Below, in pieces: positions 56,906 to 64,000 of a stretch of DNA of 64,000 nucleotides. The notes under the pieces are model-generated. The model searched no databases, was not told where the DNA came from, and worked only from the letters and a program-made list of their open reading frames with translations. A program made the position numbers and the translations under genes. Numbering within the stretch: the first letter of the stretch is position 1; every line of letters begins with the position of its first letter. Where the stretch lies: the NCBI GenBank assembly GCA_964386825.1, contig CAYLUI010000010.1, positions 11,797 through 75,796 on the forward strand, written 5' to 3'. The stretch is from an uncultured Prevotella sp. GTDB lineage: Bacteria; Bacteroidota; Bacteroidia; Bacteroidales; Bacteroidaceae.

Positions 56906-58575
56906 GATTTTAGAATTTTCTTTTTTGTTTTACGCTGTTTTAAATACAATAGTAATGAGAATATCAGGCACATCACTCCGGCTATCTCACCATACAGTCC
57001 ACCTGTCTCATGGATTGACGGAATGCTGATACCGCAGAACATTAATCCTGAAACGAGCATTGCAAAGACAAAGACATGCGACAGTGTGTACTTATAACTT
57101 TCTGAAATGACTGGTTTGTCTGCTTCAGCAATAGGTTTGGCAAGCTTCTCAAAGAAGGCATCACGTTCAGGAGTATGTTTCTCTTTCTCACCAATCCAGA
57201 GAGGATATAAGTATATTACGAAGCAGATCACTATCTCTATGCAGGTAGCCATCTCCCAAGAGAGTTGAGGCAACAGGTTAAGCACTATGCCAGAAGCAAT
57301 GCCAATGCTCATAGTGAGCACCACCGAGGTTTGGCTAGGACGACGACATACAATGCCCAGCACCAAAGGTATGCCTATTGGTATGGCGAGGATGCCTGTA
57401 AACAACTTATTAGCTTCAAAAGCTCCACCAAAGCCTCGTATGCCTATAGCACCTATAATAATCAGTATGCCTACGAGTACAGTTGACAGACGACCTACTA
57501 CTAGCAGACGGTTTTTGCTTGCTTTGCAGTCCATCATACGGGCATACACATCATTGGTAAGCACACTTGCCATGATGTTATACTCTGAATTGAGTGATGA
57601 CATTGTAGCTGCAAACATCGAAGAGAACATGATTCCCATTAGTCCGACAGGCAGCAACATTGATGAAACCGCAACGTACGACATTTCAGGGTCTGCTATC
57701 TTTGGAATGATGAGAGGCGAGGCTACAGCTGGCAAAAGGAATATAGGTGTGAATACAAAGAACAGGACACCACTCCAAAAGCCAACGTTTGACGCTGATT
57801 TCTCGTCACGAACACAATAGAACTTCTGTATGAATGTCCAGTTCTCATTGTATTTTATAATTGTCATAATGCCGTAAATCGTCAGCCAGAACCATCTTCC
57901 GTCCGGTCCGTTAAACCATGTCATGTGGTCAGGCATCTGTGCTTGCAAAGACCCAATGCCCCCAACCTGACCCAATGTCAGCGGTAGCAATATTAGGGTA
58001 ATGAGTATGAGTATGATAAACTGTACAGTACTCATGATAGTCACAGTCCAGATTCCACCTATGAAATTGAAGGCTGTCACCACAATACCTGAAATCACTA
58101 TAGCCCACTCCAAAGACAATGGCGTGACAACCGTAATGAAGACTCCTATGGCATACAGTCTGACCATATTGTCAAGGAAGCGCATAAATAGTCCGGCAAA
58201 GGTCATAAACTTCCTCACTCCATAGCCATAGCGCACCTCAAGATACTGCATAGGCGTGGAGTGGCCGGTGCGACGCCAATAGCGTCCAAAGAACACACCG
58301 CCAATGACGCAGGCTGGCACTGTTGTCCAGAACACAGTACATGCCACAAGTCCCCACTTATAGGCTATGCCGGCATAGGCTACGAAGACGAAGGTACTGA
58401 AAAGCCCCATAAAGTTGGTGATGGTTGCCATTACCCAAGGAATGGCACCTCCTCCATTAAAATAGGAACCAACATCCTTGACCAATCTGCCAAAAGAAAA
58501 GCTGATGACTCCCATCAAGACTATGTAGATGAAGACAGCTACATAGTCTAGTTGCTGAAGCATTAAACTGTCCAT
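56902..58575 (-). CDS. sodium:solute symporter family (SSF) transporter
   Basis: 557-aa polytopic protein (about 13-14 TM segments) with an SSF-like N-terminal half. Its stop overlaps the uxuA start by 4 nt. Confidence 0.8.
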   Translation of the reverse strand: MDSLMLQQLDYVAVFIYIVLMGVISFSFGRLVKDVGSYFNGGGAIPWVMATITNFMGLFSTFVFVAYAGIAYKWGLVACTVFWTTVPACVIGGVFFGRYWRRTGHSTPMQYLEVRYGYGVRKFMTFAGLFMRFLDNMVRLYAIGVFITVVTPLSLEWAIVISGIVVTAFNFIGGIWTVTIMSTVQFIILILITLILLPLTLGQVGGIGSLQAQMPDHMTWFNGPDGRWFWLTIYGIMTIIKYNENWTFIQKFYCVRDEKSASNVGFWSGVLFFVFTPIFLLPAVASPLIIPKIADPEMSYVAVSSMLLPVGLMGIMFSSMFAATMSSLNSEYNIMASVLTNDVYARMMDCKASKNRLLVVGRLSTVLVGILIIIGAIGIRGFGGAFEANKLFTGILAIPIGIPLVLGIVCRRPSQTSVVLTMSIGIASGIVLNLLPQLSWEMATCIEIVICFVIYLYPLWIGEKEKHTPERDAFFEKLAKPIAEADKPVISESYKYTLSHVFVFAMLVSGLMFCGISIPSIHETGGLYGEIAGVMCLIFSLLLYLKQRKTKKKILKS

Positions 58576-58581
58576 TGATAT

Positions 58582-61500
58582 TTAGAGAACTCCTTTATCA
58601 ACAATCATAATTGGAGAATCATAGACTGGCACCTTGCCGATGATAGTTTTATTACTACTTGTTGTTACCAGTGATGAAGGTATCTCATATACGTTACCCG
58701 TTAGGACATCAACACATACAGGCTGCTGCATGGCTGCGTTTATCGTCAATGTGGTATAGCTCATGCTGTTGGTATTCTGTGGTATTTTGCTACCATCCCA
58801 ATAGAGGACACTGATATTGCCTTTAGCGTCAGAGTATGTATTCACACACATCCCTTCACCATTCTTGCCAATAACAGAAGTTCTGGCAGGTTGCAGGTTC
58901 TTGAAATGATGGAAGAGTGATGCATAGTTCTGCACGGCACGGTATGCCACCTTAGGACGTACAGCCTCCTTAAGTGGACTCGACTGCAACAATCCCTTCA
59001 CATTGATTGTTGACACATATTTGTTTTCGCCATTTGGATAGACCATATCAATGATTGAGAACACACTAGATTCCACTCCATGAGCATGGTCACCAGAGAG
59101 ACGGCGCAAATCCCATTTAGCCTGAGAGAGTTCTGTCCAGTCATAGTCCGTCAAAGCTCCACCTTTATGACCTTGTGATGGTGCACCATTCTCGCCCTGT
59201 CGAAGTTTAAGTCCTGGTGCTTTCTCACTTATGATGGTCTTGAATGCTTCCACATCTTTATATGCGTCTTCCGGCCGGTAAGTATAGCCGTGATAAGAAA
59301 TCCAATGGAACAATCCCAACTTGTCTGTCGCCTTGATCTTGTCAAGACACTCAGTCAAAAGTTCCTTGTTGAGTACACAGAAAGCCAATCCTGCTATGCG
59401 GCACTGTGGGTCAACAGACTTAAGCATAGATGCTGTACGGACATTCATGTCCACAATGGCATCTGCGTCTATCTTTCCGCTCAAGTCCGGCTCATTCCAA
59501 ATCTCCCAATCGCTCACTCTGCCACGGAAGTGCTCTGCAAGGGCTTTCACCCAGTTGTCCCAAGCCTTCTTTGCTTCCGCCGACACAGGCATTCCACCAC
59601 CGAGGTTGGCATTGCCACCACCTTCATATATTGGATTGCCGTAGCTCGTCTGCAACCAGATGCGATGACCGCGTGCAATGGCATCATCAACAATATGGTC
59701 AAGCCATGAGAAATCGTAAACGCCTTTCTGACGCTCTGTTTTTGCCCAACCTGCCTGCATGCGCAGATTCTTAATACCAAGTTTCGGAAGATATGCCTTA
59801 TAAGCATCATAATCTGTATAATCACGGTCGAAAGTCTCACATCCCACTGTCAGAAGGTCTGTTCTAGCCTGGTTAACGTTCAATGGCTTTACACTGTCCA
59901 CTTTATTATATCCATTGGCAAGTATAAATTTCGGAGTCATCTGCACAAGAACTGTTGTGCCTTCTTTCAAGAGATTGGCAGTAGTATTGACAGTAATACC
60001 ATTATAAGAGACTGTGATGTCATACTCGCCAAGATGCGCCTTGCCTGTAACATCACCATTCCTGTCACTCTTCTTTTCCCATTTTGTAGTCCATTCGCCA
60101 CAAACCAACTGCTGCCACGCACGCCCGTTGGCTTTCAATGTCCAATCGCTTCTGAACAAAGCAGCATTTGGTTTCCAATGGCGTTTCTGCCAAAAGCCCC
60201 AAAGGTTGACACCATGCACTGCCGGATGACTGTAAGCTGCAATGAGGAAGTCGCGAGTGTAATCTGCCTGCAAATCCTCATCATCGGTATTAATGTCAAA
60301 CTCCGTTATCTGCACGGGTATATTTTCCTTGTAGAACATATCCAGGTCAGAGAGCACCTGGATAGGGCTTCGAGGCTGTGCGCCTACATGTCCCTGTACT
60401 CCTGCAGCCTCAACAGGTGCGCCTTTAGAGCGAAGATCCTTGATGATATTAATGTACTGGCTGATGACCAACGGACTCTGAGTTCCGTTGAGCATGCCAT
60501 AGTCGTTTATGAACAACTGTGCGTCAGGGTCAAGCTTCTTAGCCTCTTTAAACCACTCTACGGCCACATCCTTTGGTAAATACTTGAAGAAGTCCTTCTC
60601 ATGCATCATCTCATTAACCACATCCCAGGCTATGACCTTACCCTTGGTGTATGCCATTCGCTCATAAAACTGTGCCTGAATGAACTTTCGGAACACCGCC
60701 GTATCCCGCTCGGCTATGAGACGCATATATCGAGGATTGAACTTCCAGCCAGGCCATACGAGATTGTGGCCACGCTGACGCATTCCGTTTTTATAGAGCC
60801 AGTCGAAAGCTTTCAGCGTCTGCTGCTTATGCTTGTCGTCCCACGACCAGCCATAAGTTTTGAATCCGTTCTCCATAACGGCTGTATTGAAGAATTGCAA
60901 CAGCTTTTGCTTATAGGTCTTTGCATCAGCATCGTCTGAAGCCAATGTTTCCTCATTGACCGCCGTTCCCCAGATGAATGCAGAGCGACGCATCTTGATT
61001 TTCACATCAGCTCCTTTTATTTCATTTCCTTTGGCATTTACAACATGCACCATAAGTGGAGCTGTACGAAGTTGGTCTATTCGCTTCAATGCCTCTGTAC
61101 GCCAAGCGGCTCCTTCCTCTCGACCTGCATAAGTAAGACGGGTCTTGGGCAAATCTTTAGCCTCAAGGCTATGATGGTAATTGCGAATTTCCACGCCACC
61201 GACTTGTACTTTCTGTGTTAATGTTGCGAAAGCCAACACAGCAACAGCCTCACCAGCGCGAAGGTCAGTAGAAGCGGTAAACGGGAATGTGAAGGTCTTC
61301 CATTCTGCACCATCATTGACTTGTGTGACAATGCTCTTCTCCCAGGGGCTCACGGCCCTCTGGAAATAGAACTGTATCGAAGACTCGCCAGTCTCCTGCC
61401 TGGCATAGACGGTGCGAACTGTTACGACAGCCTGCAGAACATCGCCTTTCTTGACATCAGATGTTGAGCGGAACTTAAGTTCACAATTGTAATAATCGCT

Positions 61501-61716
61501 AGATGCTTTAGTGTTTTCAACTTCCAAAGCCTTCTTTCCATCTTCTGTAATGATAAGGCGGCACGATGATAATAGTCCGCCATTGCGGCTGTCCTGAAAT
61601 ATATAGTCCTTCCCCATACCATTCATTGCCGCCACTATGTCGTATGACTTTTTCTGAGCCCATACTGTCAATGAAAGCATCAGACAAACAAGAGAGAATA
61701 GTGTTTTTTTAATCAT
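58582..61716 (-). CDS. multidomain secreted glycoside hydrolase: CBM4_9/22-like, GH10 xylanase, beta-sandwich, second clan GH-A catalytic domain
   Basis: Signal peptide. The GH10 blocks are 'RGHNLVWPGW', 'WDVVNEMMHE', 'INDYGM', 'GVQGH' and 'ITEFDINT'. The C-terminal roughly 440 aa show 'LRMQAGWAKTERQKGVYDFSWLD' and 'WEIWNEPD' (GH5/GH30/GH39-like). Confidence 0.8.
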   Translation of the reverse strand: MIKKTLFSLVCLMLSLTVWAQKKSYDIVAAMNGMGKDYIFQDSRNGGLLSSCRLIITEDGKKALEVENTKASSDYYNCELKFRSTSDVKKGDVLQAVVTVRTVYARQETGESSIQFYFQRAVSPWEKSIVTQVNDGAEWKTFTFPFTASTDLRAGEAVAVLAFATLTQKVQVGGVEIRNYHHSLEAKDLPKTRLTYAGREEGAAWRTEALKRIDQLRTAPLMVHVVNAKGNEIKGADVKIKMRRSAFIWGTAVNEETLASDDADAKTYKQKLLQFFNTAVMENGFKTYGWSWDDKHKQQTLKAFDWLYKNGMRQRGHNLVWPGWKFNPRYMRLIAERDTAVFRKFIQAQFYERMAYTKGKVIAWDVVNEMMHEKDFFKYLPKDVAVEWFKEAKKLDPDAQLFINDYGMLNGTQSPLVISQYINIIKDLRSKGAPVEAAGVQGHVGAQPRSPIQVLSDLDMFYKENIPVQITEFDINTDDEDLQADYTRDFLIAAYSHPAVHGVNLWGFWQKRHWKPNAALFRSDWTLKANGRAWQQLVCGEWTTKWEKKSDRNGDVTGKAHLGEYDITVSYNGITVNTTANLLKEGTTVLVQMTPKFILANGYNKVDSVKPLNVNQARTDLLTVGCETFDRDYTDYDAYKAYLPKLGIKNLRMQAGWAKTERQKGVYDFSWLDHIVDDAIARGHRIWLQTSYGNPIYEGGGNANLGGGMPVSAEAKKAWDNWVKALAEHFRGRVSDWEIWNEPDLSGKIDADAIVDMNVRTASMLKSVDPQCRIAGLAFCVLNKELLTECLDKIKATDKLGLFHWISYHGYTYRPEDAYKDVEAFKTIISEKAPGLKLRQGENGAPSQGHKGGALTDYDWTELSQAKWDLRRLSGDHAHGVESSVFSIIDMVYPNGENKYVSTINVKGLLQSSPLKEAVRPKVAYRAVQNYASLFHHFKNLQPARTSVIGKNGEGMCVNTYSDAKGNISVLYWDGSKIPQNTNSMSYTTLTINAAMQQPVCVDVLTGNVYEIPSSLVTTSSNKTIIGKVPVYDSPIMIVDKGVL

Positions 61717-61723
61717 CGATTTG

Positions 61724-63934
61724 TCAATTATCTAATGTTATTTTTATTTTCTTATCTTTTACCATTATGTAGTAGTCACCCGACTCCAATATTTTTTCTC
61801 CTTTATCGTTGACATAAGACAGATTATCCTCCGGCACCAAGTTGAAGACAAACGTCTCTGTTGTACCTTTGCGGATGTTGCGTTTCTCGAAATGCAGCAA
61901 CTCCTTGATTGGTCTCGTTATGCTGCTCACAGGGTCGCGAACATACCACAGTACGGTTTCCTTGCCATCCATGGCACCGTTGTTGGTAACGTCAACACTT
62001 AGTCTGAGCGTATCACCGCGATGTACTGTCAAACTTGGGACATTTATATCTGAATAATCATACCTGGTATAACTCTATCCATAACCAAAATCGTATAATG
62101 GCTTACTGTTAATATCCTGATAAAGTCCCATAGTAGGACGACTGCTCTGCCGTGCATTATAATAAATAGGTATCTGCCGAGTGTCAAGTGGGAAGGTAAT
62201 GTTCAATCGTCCGGAAGGGTTGACCTTGCCTGATATGATGTTTGCCATAGCCGTACCTCCACATATTCCCGGTTGCCAAATCTCCAATATAGAATTGCAC
62301 AATGGTTCCAGGCGCACCAGCTCTGTAGGTCTGCCTGCTGATAGTACGAGAACAATAGGCTTGCCTGTTTTTGCAATTGCTACTACCAGTTCTTCCTGTA
62401 TCTGAGGCAATGCAATAGAAGCCCGCGAAGCATTCTCGCCACTCCAAGCAGCTCTCTCGCCCATCATCATAACCACTACATCAGCCTGCCTTGCAACTTT
62501 TTCTGCCTCTGCAAAGCCTGAACGGTCAATTGAATCGAAGTCGCAGCCACGGGCATAAAGCAGTTTCTCTTTACCAAAGACTTTTTCCATGCCTTCATAA
62601 AGTGTCTCGGCATCCTTGTCGCAACCGAAGCAACGCCACGAACCGATTATCTCATGCAGGTCTTTTACCATAGGACCGATGAGTGCTATGCGCTTATTAC
62701 TACCCAGAGGCAACAAGTTATTGCTGTTTTTCAACAAAACCATACTCTCCTCTGCCATACGCTCAGCCAAAGCTTTATATTCTGGCTTCAACACTCGCTG
62801 ACTTTCGGGAAGTTCCTTAGTATAGGGATTTTCAAAGAGTCCAAGTTCAAACTTCACCTTTAAGATGCGGCTTACAGCAGTGTCAACAGTTTGCATGGAT
62901 ACTTTGCCTTCATTGATTAGCTTTGGAAGATAGTCAAGAAAGCATCTGTCAAGCATATCCATGTCCAGTCCTGCATTAAGAGCCAATCGGGCACAGTCCT
63001 TACGATCGGCAGCATAGCCCTGTGATATAAGTTGAAAGACTGCCATCCAGTCGCTCACCACAAAGCCAGGCATCCCCAACTGTCCTCTCAACACATCGGT
63101 AAGATAATGGTGGTTTGCTGTTGCCGGCACACCATTGATGTCATTGAAAGAACTCATCACCGTCCTGGCACCTGCCTTTATTGTAGCAACGTAAGGCGGG
63201 AGATAGGTATCCCACATGGATTGGTCAGCAATCTGCGTGGCTGTGTAGTCACGACCTCCTTCACTCATGCCATAGCCCACAAAATGTTTGAGGCAAGCCA
63301 CAACCCTGTCTGGCGCAGAAATTGTATCACCTTGATAACCACGAAGTTCAGCCACACCAAGTGTAGAGACAAGATAAGGGTCTTCACCAAATCCTTCCGA
63401 CACACGTCCCCAACGAGGGTCATGGGTGATGTCGAGCATTGGTGAGAACACCCATTCTGTGCCCGAGGCACGCGCCTCTTTTGCTGCCATATGAGCAAGT
63501 TGCTCTACAAGCTCAGGATTCCACGAACAACCTTGAGCAAGGGGAATAGGATAAACAGTGCGGAAACCATGAATGACATCGTAGCCGAAGAGTACCGGAA
63601 TACCAAGACGTGTCTGCATGGCACGCCTCTGCAGCCGGTTGCGCTCTACGGCATTGTCATTGAAATTAATAACAGAACCAACCAACGGAGAAAGTTCATT
63701 CTCCCTGCCATAACTTATGTTGTTGATATTGATGTTTGAGCCTATCAGGAACTGGTTGAGTTGATAAACCTTTTCTTCCACAGTCATGCGTGAGAGCAAA
63801 TCAGCCACTCTCTCATCGACAGGCAGGTCAGCGCGCTGATAAGGCAGTACGCTCTTCTTAGGTTGGGCAGCAAACACAGATAAGCTCAAAGCAAAAGATA
63901 GCAGTAATGCAATGCAATTTGTTGATTGTCCCAT
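61724..63934 (-). pseudogene. GH3 beta-glucosidase/xylosidase interrupted by one in-frame TAG (62075-62077)
   Basis: The GH3 catalytic part shows 'GFVVSDW' and ends '...PLYDFGYG*'. The same frame continues 'SYTRYDYSDINVPSLTVHRGDTLRLSVDVTNNG...', which is the Fn3-like GH3 C-terminal domain (track ORF 61724..62032). The TAG sits where GH3 enzymes have Leu ('GYGLSYT'). Confidence 0.8.
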
Positions 63935-64000
63935 TATATCAAAATTATTTCACTTCAAATGTTTCGGTAGCCCTTATGTCCTGCGATGAAGCCGCTGCAT

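Noticed and set aside
63940-63947. CAAAATTA (TAnnTTTG on the minus strand) just upstream of the GH3 ATG.
   Set aside because: It is only 6 nt from the start codon, which is too close to act as the -7 box for this gene. GH3 is probably co-transcribed with the gene ending at the window edge.
1-64000. Apparent GC drop from the housekeeping left part to the PUL array, which would mark horizontal acquisition.
   Set aside because: My hand counts of single 60-nt lines overlap. On the left they were 36/60, 31/60 and 26/60 G+C. On the right they were 27/60, 23/60, 25/60, 32/60 and 32/60. A shift is possible but not demonstrated, and it needs a sliding-window computation.
63945-64000. Possible 3' end of another minus-strand CDS ('...AAASSQDIRATETFEVK*', TAA at 63945-63947).
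   Set aside because: Only 18 codons are visible, which is too short to support a call or a function.
1-64000. A scan by eye for CRISPR arrays, rRNA genes, additional tRNAs, toxin-antitoxin pairs and recognisable defence-system genes.
   Set aside because: No regularly spaced direct repeats, no rRNA-like stretches and no nuclease/helicase/methylase-type ORFs were seen. The only RNA gene supported is tRNA-Ser.

Overview
The window is a Bacteroidota (Bacteroidales, possibly Prevotellaceae-like) chromosomal segment. The phylum call rests on SusC/SusD pairs, a hybrid two-component regulator, TAnnTTTG -7 promoter boxes and a T9SS-like C-terminal tail. All calls below come from reading the translations and the DNA by eye; no searches were run. 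The ORF track also uses TTG/GTG as 'M', so several starts were moved to the first plausible ATG.

Layout:
- 1-8.6 kb holds minus-strand housekeeping genes: an aldo/keto reductase, a YjbR-like protein, TrmO, a PAP2 phosphatase, an LTA-synthase-like transferase, a WG-repeat protein and MutS2.
- 8.7-12.2 kb holds tRNA-Ser(UGA), followed by the remnant of an integrated element. The remnant is an N-terminal tyrosine-integrase fragment cut by an IS1182-family insertion, and it ends at a degenerate copy of the tRNA 3' end.
- 12.3-64 kb is an unbroken run of about 35 minus-strand genes spanning roughly 52 kb. It contains three SusC/D pairs, an HTCS and an AraC regulator, and it appears to be organised in a few very long operons.

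Content of the 52-kb array:
- A ribokinase and a sugar permease sit at its distal end.
- Two paralogous beta-helix proteins flank an exported pyruvyl-transferase-fold protein.
- There is an exported ADP-ribosylglycohydrolase-fold protein.
- Recognisable glycan-degrading genes are GH92, a GH42-like gene, a clan-D-like gene, a PL22-like gene, a GH105-DUF4861 fusion, a CBM-GH10-clan-A fusion, and a GH3 carrying an in-frame TAG.
- A cytoplasmic uronate module (SSF transporter, UxuA, RraA-like, UxaC, SDR) has no KdgK or Eda in the window.
- A second RraA-like protein carries a lipoprotein signal.

The most novel-looking piece is the exported pyruvyl-transferase-fold/beta-helix trio within a ribokinase-linked PUL. 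The next most interesting is the pair of RraA-fold proteins, which sit where an aldolase step would be expected.
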